A stretch of 64,000 nt of DNA, taken from the NCBI RefSeq assembly GCF_035594765.1, contig NC_085841.1:346651402-346715401 (forward strand), in the 5' to 3' direction. Each line of letters starts with the position of its first letter. Position 1 is the first letter of the stretch. The notes beneath the pieces are model-generated. The model was not told the DNA's origin and did no database searches. It worked only from the letters and a program-made list of their open reading frames with translations. The translations under genes and the position numbers were made by a program. Positions 22,328 to 34,437 of this stretch are shown here, one piece after another. The DNA is from Anolis carolinensis (lineage: Eukaryota).

Positions 22328-22659
22328 GTAAGGTAAAGGTTTTCACCTGACATTAAGTCCAGTCGTGACCGACTCTGAGGTTGGTGCTCATCTCCATATC
22401 TAAGCCGAAGAGCTGGCGTTGTCAGTAGACACCTCCAAGGTCATGTGGCCGGCATGACTGCATGGAGAGCCGTTACCTTCCCGCCAGAGCGGTACCTATT
22501 GATCTACTCACATTTGCATGTTTTCGAACTGCTAGGCTGGTAGGAGCTGGGGCTAACAGCGGGCGCTCATTCCGCTCCTGGGATTTGAAACTGGGACCTT
22601 TCGGTCTGCAAGTTCAGCAGCTTAGCGCTTTAACACACTGTGCCACCACCAGGGCCCCC
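22328..22659 (-). mobile_element. Sauria SINE
   Basis: Carries the diagnostic core CAGTTCGAAAACATGCAAATGTGAGTAGATCAATAGGTACCGCT and an (ACCTTT) tail on the minus strand. Confidence 0.92.
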
Positions 22660-24209
22660 AAATACAGCCCCAATTAGAGCAGTATTTTGTATCGAGAGTC
22701 TGGAATAAAATGAGCTATATAGAAGAAAGTACATCCGTATAAAATGAAGGCACATTTGTAACATTGGAAGCCGAATCCATGGCAAAGATGTGTATTTGAA
22801 AAATGTTCAGAACTCTGTATAGCTCAGGCATAGAATAATAGAGTTGGAAGAGACCACATGGGCCATCCAGTCCAACCCCCTGCCATGCATGAGAAAACTC
22901 CAGTGAGTTTGGAACCAATTATCTGCTCTAATACCCTCTTTTGGCAGAAGACACATGGGCTGCTAAAGATGAAGAATTGAAAAGAAGTATCCACAGGTCC
23001 ATGTCTCTTTTCTTACAATGGGTATTACTTGATGTTTAGATAGTACTGGGAGGACTTATTCATCTTATTTAAAAGATGCCTCTCCCAGAGATTTCCATGA
23101 GAGGAAATCCACACTGGGAGATGGTACAATTCAGAGATTCTGGAAGAGTCAATGACCACAAAACAGGAGATTGGGGATTACATTAAGCCCCCACATTGTG
23201 CTTTTCCAACACAGATATAGCCAGAAGTTTAAACAGAAGCTCATGTTTATGGAGATGTTCATAAACAAAGCAGATGCACTCAATCTTTTGAGAAGAAATC
23301 TTAAGATATATTAAATTCATGGAGTGCCAATAAGTTGACAGTCAACTTGAAGGCATACATTCACACACATTAGAGGTCATCAGAAAACAGTCAGGTCCAC
23401 AAAACAATACAAATGATAGATCAAATGTGTATTTCTGAAGAAGAATGAACACAAATCATTAGGCCTAACCAATAAGATTCTGAATGATTAAAATTCACCA
23501 AGAGATGTTAGACAATTTAAATGTTAAAGTATATAACTATGTCAATAATTTTAGGATTGTTTTCTCTTTGGTTTCTATACCAAGAGTCTGCTATGATATA
23601 TGATAGTTGCGCTAAACTCAGTTTGCAATTGACCATGATAACTCTTTCTTTATTATGTCTTGATAATCATAATAAACTTTACTTAAATTATTCCAGTAAC
23701 TTTGCTGCTCGTTCTCAAAGGATGAAGTGATAATCCAGACTCTAGACTGTCTGTCTGGGAACATTAGGAAAGGTGCTCTTTTTGAGGGAGTTAGAATGCT
23801 AATCCTAATACTTGCAATGTCAGTAAATATATATCCATGTGTGTCTCTGTCTTATAGTGTCACTGTCATAGAGTTTTCTTGAAAAGATTTATTCACAGGA
23901 AACTTATAATTGCCTTCCTTTCAGTTGGAGAATGTGTGCACGTGCTTTCAAGTTGATTGACAACTTATGGCACCCCATATTCAATGGTGATTTTGCCAGT
24001 TTCTTCTTTTAAAATATAGCCAACTCAGTCAATTACTGACCAAGGTTGACCCTGCTTAGCTTCCAAGATCAGACTAAATCTGGTGCCTTTGAGATAGCTG
24101 CAAAGGTATATGATGAAGGTAGTAAGAGATTTATCAATGTTCTGAGATCCAATTTTCAGAGCTTCAAGGTGGGATACTAACCATTTGTTTTATTACTCAT
24201 TACATAGAT

Positions 24210-24537
24210 GGGGCCACTGTGGCAGAGCAGGTTAAACCACTAAGTTGTAGAACTTGCCAACCAAAAGGTCAGTGATTTGAATTCACAGATGAGGTGAGCT
24301 CCCGTTGTTAGCCCCAGCTTCTGCCAACCTAGCAGTTTGAAAACATACAAATGTAAGTAGATCAATAGGTACTGCTTCGGCGGGAAGGTAACAGCGCTCC
24401 ATGCAGTCATGCTGGCCACATGACCTAGAAGGCATCTACGGACAACGCCAGCTCTTCGGCTTCAAAATGGAGATGAGCACCACCCCCCAGAGTCGGATTC
24501 AACTAGACTTAATACCAAGGAGAAACCTTTACCTTTT
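24210..24537 (+). mobile_element. Sauria SINE
   Basis: Same diagnostic core and an AAACCTTTACCTTT tail. Confidence 0.92.
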
Positions 24538-25561
24538 ACATAGATATACCATCTTTCTGTCAATGAGCCTAAGGCAACATAAACCTTTCTTCTATTCTCT
24601 ACTTCCTTCTCATAACAATTCTGTGAAGCAAGGATGTGAAATGAGGAGAGGGAGGGAAGTGCCATCCAAAAAAAAGGTGCCGCACCCTAAATGATTTTTT
24701 CCTTCTGTTCCCAAATGTACTCGTATACCTTCGTAGTAACACTGAGGATTTAGAAATGCGGCTTAGGCATCCAAAGAAAAGGGTCTGGCCAAGTTAGCTA
24801 GAGACTGAAAACACAGCAAATAAAAGGCTTCTGGGGTGGACAATTTTCAATCTCACTCAAAATTTGGGGATTGAAGGAAAATTTCACTGGAGGGCTGGAT
24901 TTTTATTGGTGGGCACTTAACTCAATGTGAGATAGCTCAGCTGTAGATATAATCTTTATGCAAGTGTTCCCTGAGATATAATCATTATTTTCATAGTTCC
25001 TCTAATGTAAAAAAGTTGAAAAAGGTGCTCTAATTACTACCCACTCTGCTTGTTTTATAAAGAAGTGAACAATTGTGGCTTCTGATGTGGTTGGGTGTTA
25101 AGTTTGGCTCTCAGCCTACCTTATATAGCTAATGTATGTCGACCTTCTGCATAATTCAAGAGTAGGTTTTGGGACCAAAATTAAGGATTTTGATAGGACC
25201 CATAGATAAGCCAAGGGTCATCCTCCAGAGAGGGAGGAACGCCTTGGGGCCAGTTATCCATGGCCACCACTTCCCACCAAAAAGGGGAGAATGAGCATTG
25301 CGCCTATGAGAGTAGAGGGAATTGGTTCTTCTTTTAAGTTCTCTAAGGACAGCTCTCACCTTTTGCTACTCTACTTAAGAGAAGGGAATGGCTCTTTGTT
25401 TGATAACGGCTAAACAATGGATACATTGGTCTAGGTTGTTTGGGCTCATTTTAAATTAAAATGTCTAGTGTCTTTGAATGGTAAGTCTTCGAATTGTGAA
25501 ACTGAAAACAAACCAAAAGTTTATGTGCAGAACATTATGGTACTGTAATCTTTTTGTGTGT

Positions 25562-26075
25562 GGAGTCCCCAATGGTGCAGTGGGTTAAACCCTTGTGCCA
25601 GCAGGACTGATGACTTGAAGGGTTGGGTTGCTAACCTGAAGGTTGCCGGTTCGAATCCAACCCAGGGAGAGTGCAGATGAGCTCCCTCTATCAGCTCCAG
25701 CTCCATGCGTGGACATGGGCCCGGCTGTGGCGCAAGCTGGTGAGCAGCCAGCTGCAGCCAGCTGAGACCAATCACTCTGACCAAGAGGTCATGAGTTTGA
25801 GGCCAGCTTGGAGCCTGCATTTGTCTTGTCTTTGTTCTATGTCAAGGCATTGAATGTTTGCCTTATATGTGTAATGTGATCCGCCCTGAGACCCCTTCGG
25901 GGTGAGAAGGGTGGAATATAAATACTGTAAATAAATAAATGAGAGAAGCCTCCCACAAGGATGGTAAAAACATCAAAACATCTAGGCACACGCTGGGCAA
26001 CATCCTTGCAGACAGCCAATTCCCTCACACCAGAAGCGACTTATAGTTTCTCAAGTCGCTCCTGACATGAAAAAA
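25562..26075 (+). mobile_element. tRNA-derived SINE with Vingi-type tail (AnolisSINE2-like), split by a nested L2-tailed SINE at 25718-25940
   Basis: A/B-box head and 3' end CAAGTCGCTCCTGACATGAAAAAA like the Vingi 3' ends. The host sequence GGACATG|AGAGAAGCC rejoins around the insert. A deleted copy lies at 47233-47400. Confidence 0.82.
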
Positions 26076-29000
26076 GAACTTTGTGTGTGTGTGTCATCAC
26101 ACACATACACACACACCTTAATCTGAGGAAGGAGAAACTCAAGAGCGTGGAATGCCCAGGGAGTGCTAAACCAAAACTTCTTTAAAAAGTATGATCATGT
26201 TGTCTTGGGAAAGCAACACAAGGGAGTCCATAGCCCTTGTTCCAATACTTAAGAATCAGTGCTTCAGAATCTTTGTTCTAAATTCAGTGTCCAACTGTTC
26301 TCAGCAGGCTTGCTTTGTCACTTTGATATCCCTCTTTCCCTCCGGGGTAATCTTTTTTTTTTTTTTTTAACCACACTTCTCCTACTTTGGTCTGTCAAAG
26401 CTGCCATTTGCTAGCCTGACTTGCGAGGAAAACAGAATGAACATCAATCTTGTCAAGCGCCACGCCGTTAGGAAGCTTCCTGTAATGATAATGTGCGTGT
26501 CTGGGTTTTTTAGCTGCTGTCAGTCAAAATCACTAGTTCCAAGATAAGGTTATGGGAAGACCTACAATAACAAGAATGGGACTCTTACAGACAACAGCAC
26601 AGATTGCAGCTTCCCAGTGGGTCATCATTCCCAGACGCCAAAGTGTAAGCCTGGTGCTTTGTCTGGTTTGAAGTTACTGATGCTGACCGAGAGAGACAGC
26701 AGATTGCATTTTACACTTAGACCAATGTTTAGCAAAGGTGAGAGAAATTCACAGCCAACTGCCACAGCAACTGGGACTGCCAAGAGGCCAAAGATCATGA
26801 GCAGAGTGTATTGTTCAATGTTAATTCTCTAGCACCTCCAGTTAGCATTAAAAAGATAGCAAGGTCTATGCTTGAGACCTTGGAAAAGTGCTGCAAATAC
26901 TGCCAGGTTTGCCTTAGAATTAGGAGCCTCGTATGTTCACGCCTTTTCTGCAATTATAATTTCCATGACAGCCCTAATGTGTTTTGTGTCCATTGTAAGT
27001 CACCAGCCACCTCCAGGGCAAGGAGGCCTATAGATGCTGGAGATGTTTTTGTAAGTCATTCAGCCAAAGGGGCTCTTGCAAAAATGTTAGGACTTGCACA
27101 TTTTAACAATTAAAGCACACCCACACCCAACACAAAGAGCCTTGCATGGATCTTAATTTGGAAAAATGAAAAACGTAGACAAGATTTCATCTCTCTCTTT
27201 TGTTGTTGTTACATTACAATTTCATTTATTTTGTTTGATTTTTGCTATCTCAAGGTTTGCTACCTCAATATGAGAAAAGGAGATGAAACATTTTGGGAGT
27301 GTCATGAATGCCACCCATGTCAAGCGTTGTCAACTTGCCTCTTCATTAACAGCAGGAATAGTAATTGGGCTGTTGTTGAATTACAGTGGCCAGCAGTCCT
27401 ATCCCATATATCAAATTGTGAGGAATGCTGGGAATTGCAATTCAGTAACAACTCTAGAGCCACACAAATTGACCCTGATTACAACTCTATCCACCTCAAA
27501 AGGCATTTTCACCCTTTCTCCTCTTCCATGACCTCCACTGGACCTCAATTCCTTCTGCAAAGAGAGGGAGCTTTTCTTTTGCACTTCTATTGTAGTTCAC
27601 ATAAAAACAGTGGTGTACCTGCTTGTAGTAGCATAGCTGGCAGTGCAATAGAAATAGTTTTACAAAATAAAGGAGAATTTTCACTTCAGAACCACATTCA
27701 ACCTGACAAGGTGACCTCTGATGAGGCTCACCAGGCTGAAAATCTGAGAGCCTATGAACTGTTAATGGGTATATAGAAGAGGGAATTTAAGTTCTTGCTT
27801 GTTACGTATTTGCAACACCTAGTGAAACTTACTCTTCTACACATTCATGAAAGGTTAAAGAGCCCTGTAGCTTTCAGCATGGCAACCCTAGTCCTTCATG
27901 CCTCGTGCCTATCTACAGCCCGGTTTGAATCAGGGCTCTTGGACACATAAACATAGGTATTTGGGGACATCACATGAATTTGTTATTCATATTTTTACAA
28001 ACTTGTTGATGAGGTAAGTCCTTACCAAAGAGTAGGGGGTTTATTTTTTTGTATCACATTTCAAGGATAGGTTACATTTTATATACTGCATTTTAATACT
28101 TTTAAAGACAAAATAAACAACTGTAATCTGACTATGATGAGCGAGATTACACAGGATAAAACTTTAAACAGGAATCATGACAAACTCAAAATGACATTAA
28201 GCAGCTATGATAACACAGGTGAAGTAAGACAATGACACAGATAAGACATTTCTGATAAGGATAAGGGGAGTGAAAACCTCTTGCTTGGAGCAAAGATAAC
28301 ACATTTGGTCATAGATCAGTGGGCTAGAGATGTCGAACTCCTGGCTGTCTGGAAAACCACATGTTAAGGAATACATTCAAAAATATTAATTAACTCGGTT
28401 TCAGAGTGTCCAAAAACTCAACAAAGCTCAGGAAAGTTACTCTTCGGATTACAGCTCCGTAACCCCCCAGCTAAGGGGACTGTGGAAGCAGTAGCTCAAA
28501 AAAGGAATTGTTCAAAAAGATCTGGAAACAAAATGGATTTGGGAGAGTGGAAATGATGTGGGAAACTAATCCTGAAGAATGATGTGGATCAGGATGGGAG
28601 TGGAATCAGGGAGAGGGAGACTTGTGCTGCGATTCTGCTTCTCTCACATAGTTTTATTTAACCTTCATATATCATTTTGAAACAAAGCTTTGGAAAAAGA
28701 AACAGAATTTGGATATCATGGAAGCAACAGAACGGAAAAAGTCTTAAGAAAGACAGGAAGAAAAAGAAAAAGCTGAAAAGTCAAGTGAGAAAAAACCACC
28801 AAAGATCAAAGCATTTACATACAAGACTGTGCCCTCAAGTCCCATATCAGCTAAAAGGCTCAGAAGAATACCATAGTCAATAGTACCAAATACCATTGAA
28901 AGATCCAGGAGGACTAGCAGGAACACACTCTACATCTAACTCCCGTGCAGGTCATCCACCAAGGTGAACAAAGCTGTTTCTGCCCATAACCGGGCCTGAA

Positions 29001-29369
29001 CTCAGATTGAAATGGATCCAGGTAATCCATTTCTAAGAAAGCCTGGAGTTGTGTTGTCACCACTCACTCTTAAGACCTTACTTAAAAAGAGAAGATTAAA
29101 GAGTGACCGATAGTTACCTAGGGAGGAGGTGTCCCATGAAGGTTTGTTTTCAGCAAGTGGCCAGTCCTTCCCTGGCAGCTTTAATCAATCAAGATGGATA
29201 TATGTGTAAGAGACAAGTACTTGGCCTCACCTCTCCAAGCAATATGCCCACATCATCATACTGAACAACCTGAAACACATCAATCAAAACTAGACAGCAA
29301 ATCTAAACCCAGATATTTGTCTATCCGTGACAATGTGGTTCTTTCAAACTTCCCTATCCCCAGATCACC

Positions 29370-29371
<2 letters not shown>

Positions 29372-29439
<68 letters not shown>

Positions 29440-29993
29440 CGTTGCTCAAATGATTCATTGGAACTTGTGCCACAAATACCATCTGCCTGCGACAAAGAAC
29501 TGGTGGGATCACAAGCCAGAAAAAGTTACAGAGAATGAGCATGTCAAGCTACTCTGGGACTTCAGAATTCAGACAGACAAGGTTTTGGAGCACAATACTC
29601 CTGACCTCACGATCGTGTTAAAAGACAAAGTATGGATTGTCGATGTCGCAATCCAAGGTGACGGCAGGATTGAGGAGAAACAACTGAAAAAGTTGACACG
29701 ATATGAGAATTTAAAGATTGAACTACAAAGACTCTGGCACAAGCCAGTCAAGGTGGTCCCAGTGGTGATCGGCACACTGGGTGCAGTGCCTAAAGGCCTT
29801 GGCCTGCACTTAAACACAATCGCGCTGACAAAATCACCATCTGCCAGCTGCAGAAGGCCACCTTACTGGGATCTGCTCGCATTACTCGCTGATACATCAC
29901 ACAGTCCTAGACACTTGGGAAGTGTCCGACGTGTGATCCAATTCAACAGCCAGCAGAGTGTATGCTGTGGACTCATTTTGTTGTGTTTCTAGT

Positions 29994-30055
<62 letters not shown>

Positions 30056-30736
30056 CAACAACAAATTTATTTGTACTCCACTACTATCTCCCCCAAGGGA
30101 CTTGGGGCGGCTTACAGCAGCACATAATAGCGCCATAAAACACATAAAAATACAGGTAAAATTACATCAACATGTTAATATAACAATTTCAATTAACATA
30201 AAATACCACATTACAAAATAAAAGGCCAACCCCAATTTAAAAGAACAGTCAGTAAAACACAGCAATAACTACTATTAAAATGGATAGTACAACATCCTGG
30301 CCCCTGCCAAATTTCAACATTCATAGAATCATAGAATCATAGAATAGTAGAGTTGGAAGAGACCTCATGGGCCATCCAGTCTACTATTCTATGATTCTAT
30401 GATTCTTAAAGTGCCAGTGTCAATATTAAGTTATTTGGTCCTTAATATTAGCTGATGTCTTGGTCATTTTCAAAAGCCTGCCTAAAGAGCCATGTTTTCA
30501 GCTCCTTGCAGAAACACTGTGTGGGGGCAAGCCTAATATCCCTGGGGGGGCATTCCAAAGCCAGGAGGGCACCACCAAGAAGGCCCTCTCCCCCATCCCC
30601 ACCAACCGCACTTGAGATGAAAATGGGACCAAGAGGAGGGCATCCCAGCAGATCTTAGAGCCCACACCGGTTCATGGGAGGGATGCAGTCATGAAGATAG
30701 GTTGGACCCAAACTGTGCAGAGCTTTGTAGGTAATA
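29372..30736 (-). mobile_element. Younger 5'-truncated L2 inserted in the old L2, with 5-bp TSD ACCAT
   Basis: L2 C-terminal coding sequence plus 3' stem-loop (30065-30115) and an (AAT)n tail; ACCAT at 29367-29371 and 30737-30741. Confidence 0.75.
29438..29994 (+). mobile_element. R4/Dong-clade LINE 3' fragment inserted in (TAA)n
   Basis: RLE domain IHWNLC...LLWDFRIQTD...PDLTIV...IVDVAI...K...Y..L; long (TAA)n arrays on both sides. Confidence 0.9.
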
Positions 30737-33530
30737 ACCATCATCCTGACCAGCAAAAATCAGATCAATAGTGAGGCTTGTTATATGTGTAGGGCCAGAT
30801 ATTAAATTGAAGTAGGACCATAATTACCATGGGAGCCATGAAATCCTGGGCGTTCCCTGATATGTGTACCTCAGCATGGATGTTCAAATCCCCCAAATAA
30901 ATTAAGTTTGTGGGAGATCAAAACCATTTCTAAGATCACCTCCTGCACTTCAAGAAGGGGGATAGTTGGAAAACAGAACCCCAGTCCTGTTTTATTGTGC
31001 TATTGCAAGATGTGCACACTCAAAACTTGGGAGATTGTCAAACAGGGTACTTCAATATGAGAATGAACCCATGATTGATTACTGCAACTCCTATTAGTAT
31101 TAAATTGACATAGGAAATTGGGGTGGGAATTCAAGTACCACAGATGTTAGTGTTCAAATGCCCAGCTTCTAATTTTGAGATAGGCTGGGAAATGTTCTAC
31201 AGCCGACACTGTTCGGATAAACTAGTGCAAATTGGAATTCATAGCTGAAAGCAGAGAAATAATGCAATTGGGGGGTATACAATGAATAGCAGGGGACTGT
31301 TAATAAGGGGTTTAACTTGACAATTTCAGCATGAAAAATTAACAACTGCAGAAATACTCGTATTTATCATCAGGGTCTCTGTGGGGTACACACAATATAA
31401 ACAATGTGCAGCACCATACTATTCCTGTCTTACAGATACAACAAAGCAGGGCTGAAATAAACTATGTTATGAATATTCAAAAATGGCTGCCTTCTTTTGC
31501 TTTTCAGGGTGGAAATGTTATATTTTGAGGAAAAGGAAAGAAAGAAAATTCAGCGACTTTCTGGAGCATGAAAAAATATACATGAGGAAATAAGAGGACT
31601 GGAGAGGAAAGACACAGTGCCTCTCATTGGGGGTCACTGTGCATCAGGAGTACAATAGGAATGAACAGGGAATATATATACTGCCTCAATGCAGTATATA
31701 TATTCTCCTTCTCTGGAAGTTTTTAAACAAAGGTTGGATGGTCATCTGTCAGGATATTCCTTCATGGCAGGGAGTTGGGACTGGATGGCCCTTGTGGTCT
31801 CTTTCCAACTTTATGGTTCTAAATCAATGATTTCCAACCTTTGATTTTCCAGGTGTTTTGGACCTCAGATCCCAAAATTCCTGACAATTTAACAAGCTGT
31901 CTGGGCTTCTGGGAGTTGAAGTCACAAACAGATGAGTGAAGGCTGGAAATCACTGTTGAAGTAGTATCTGTCAAAATTCATCCAAGAAATCAGTAGAATG
32001 GGTTTATAGGATTTTAATGGCTAGGGCAAAAGCAGATGTGAAGCGACCTAGAACTGGCATTAGTGTCGGCATTAGAACTGCAAATCCAGAGATATCTGTG
32101 GTGCTGCCCTTTGTGGTATTGCAGGGAGCTACAGGAAGGAATGTCGTCTTCTCTGTCAAATATTCCCAGGCTCATCAATGACTTGATTGCACTTAGGATG
32201 CCCACCACTCCATTCTGTCGCAGTGAAATTCGATAAATATATTCCAAATTAGTGTAGAACTTTATCAGGAAAACAACGTTTTATCTCCAATGGTTGCTAG
32301 TGGTGGCCATATTGATAGGGTAGTAAATACATCCCAACTTTTAATCAAAAATTTAAAGGAGCTCCCCAAGGTGCTAAATGTATGGAAAGAGGGGAACAAA
32401 GTTCAACACCTTGGACAGTTCTGTTCAGATGCAAAAGCCTAGAGCAAACTAACATGGAAGCCATCCGCCATGACTGTCTGACACCTAATTCATGGATGAT
32501 GGGTGAATCTACACACTGTAGAATTAATGCTGTTTGACATTTCTTCGACTGCCAGTGCTCATTGCTATGGAATCATGAAAGCAGCAGTTTTACAAGGTCT
32601 TTACCAAACACCAAATCCCAGGATTCCATGTCATTGAATCATAGTAGCTAAAGTGGTGTTAAGCTACATTAATTCTACAGTCAGTAAGTCTATATTGACC
32701 ACTGCTGGCTTATGAATTTTGATTATACAGTCAGCTTACTCTTCAATAAAGAGCAGGGCTAAAACTGTTTAAAATAATAAAATTATATTATAATATATCT
32801 TCAATGAGCATAATGACCAGGTCATAATTTGTCAAGAGCAGTGGTACCGAATTATTTTCATTTACGGTATTTATATGTTAATACAAATACACTAAGTTCT
32901 GAACAAGCTACAAGCTCCCTCTCCTTTTGCCTTTTGTATAAGGAGACTGCATTCTAATACAAGAGATGTTTTTCCCCTCCACCATCACTACATGTTATGA
33001 GTCACTCATTCTCCAGTTCAGAATTGGCCTTGTGATATTGTAAATTAAAATAATAACAACTGCCGCCCCCACAAACAGGAGGAGACTTGGGGGGAAATAA
33101 AGAAAAATATGCAATTTTATGTTACTTGTGGGAGGTATATACATGGTTCCGTAAAGAAATAATTGCCACATTATAAAACTAACAAGCACCGACTGGAAAG
33201 GAGTCCTTGGGGGAGGAAAAGAGGAGGGGCCCATATTTATCATTAATGAGAAGTCTGAGCTAAAGTCACGAATTGGATGAGTTGGAACCACAAGTAGCAA
33301 AGAACATGGCATTTACTGCCTTGGGAGAAGGACAAAAGTCTACAGCCTCATTAAACCTGGCCAGTATTCGTGTGAACATAACTTTAAGATACGCAGATTT
33401 GAGCTTCTGAATATTTGTCCCCAAAAGGCTCATAACCAACCTGTGTTATTTGATACATAAGCTAGAGACATTGCTAGGTCTCTTCCCACATTAACACATG
33501 CAGGGTTATCTTCAGCTGGTGTGTTTAAAG

Positions 33531-33983
33531 CAGTGGTTCACAACCTTTTTTTGACCAGAGACTACTTTGACCAGGGACCACTTTGATCAGGGACCACTCT
33601 CCAACATTACCAAAAAGGTTACAAATCAGTTTTTGGTCAACTTTAGATTTGGTTTACTGATTCAGAAAATTGCATTGGATAGACCACATCAGCTCTAGTT
33701 TCTGATACAGAACATATGCCATCCAGTAGTTGCCTTCTGCTCGCCCACAGAAAACCATATTTCATAATCTAGAGCTGATGTGGTCTATCCAATGCCATTT
33801 TCTGAATCAGCACCCCAAATAACCCTAGGAACAGGCCTAAAAATGAAGACGCCATGAAATTCTTTTTTTTGTTTGGGCTGTGTTATTATCCGTAGTAGTA
33901 ACGGATAATAAAATAGGCCACAGACCATATTTTAGTTCTTACGGAGCACTGGTGGTTCACGGACCACAGGATGGGAACCACTG
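33531..33983. mobile_element. hAT MITE
   Basis: TIRs CAGTGGTTC / GAACCACTG with a perfect 8-bp TSD GTTTAAAG. A related copy in the opposite orientation lies at 36895-37257. Confidence 0.9.
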
Positions 33984-34214
33984 GTTTAAAGGGAGATAAC
34001 TCTTCTAACATGTACAGTACATTCTAGACCATGAATAATCGTGGTTTTAAGTGCAAAATGTTTTTTAAACTGATCATGTTCAGATGAGAGCAACCAGGAC
34101 GAACAAAGGTCTGGAAACCAAGCCCTCTAAGGAACCACTTAGGGAGGTGGAAATGTTTAGTTTGGAGAAGTAGAGACTGAGGGAAGACGTGACAGTCATC
34201 ATTCAATATCTGAT

Positions 34215-34437
34215 GTAATTATTTCTTTACAGTATTTATATTCCGCCCTACTCGCCCTACTCACCCCGAAGGGGACTCAGGGCGGATCACATTACACATA
34301 TAAGGCAAACATAGAACAAAGACAAGACAAATGTGGGGCTCCGAGCTGGCCTCCAACTCATGACCTCTTGGTCAGAGTGATTTATTGCAGCTGGCTGCAG
34401 CTGGTTGCTCAACAGCCTGCGCCACAGCCCGGCCCCG
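34215..34437 (-). mobile_element. tRNA-derived SINE with L2-type tail
   Basis: Near-identical to the reverse complement of 25718-25940. Confidence 0.85.

Larger units (their letters stand above)
28840..31090 (-). mobile_element. Old degraded L2 ORF2 (APE and RT pieces) containing nested insertions
   Basis: Homologous to ORF2 of the full-length L2 (LLVLLDLS..F.TID; APE region at 30742-31090). The frame IDLIFAGQDDG|DLGIG rejoins across the insertions. Confidence 0.75.

Noticed and set aside
27231-27776. 181-aa plus-strand ORF and other short ORFs in the track
   Set aside because: Non-ATG start, no splice or domain evidence, and composition typical of random intronic or repeat sequence.
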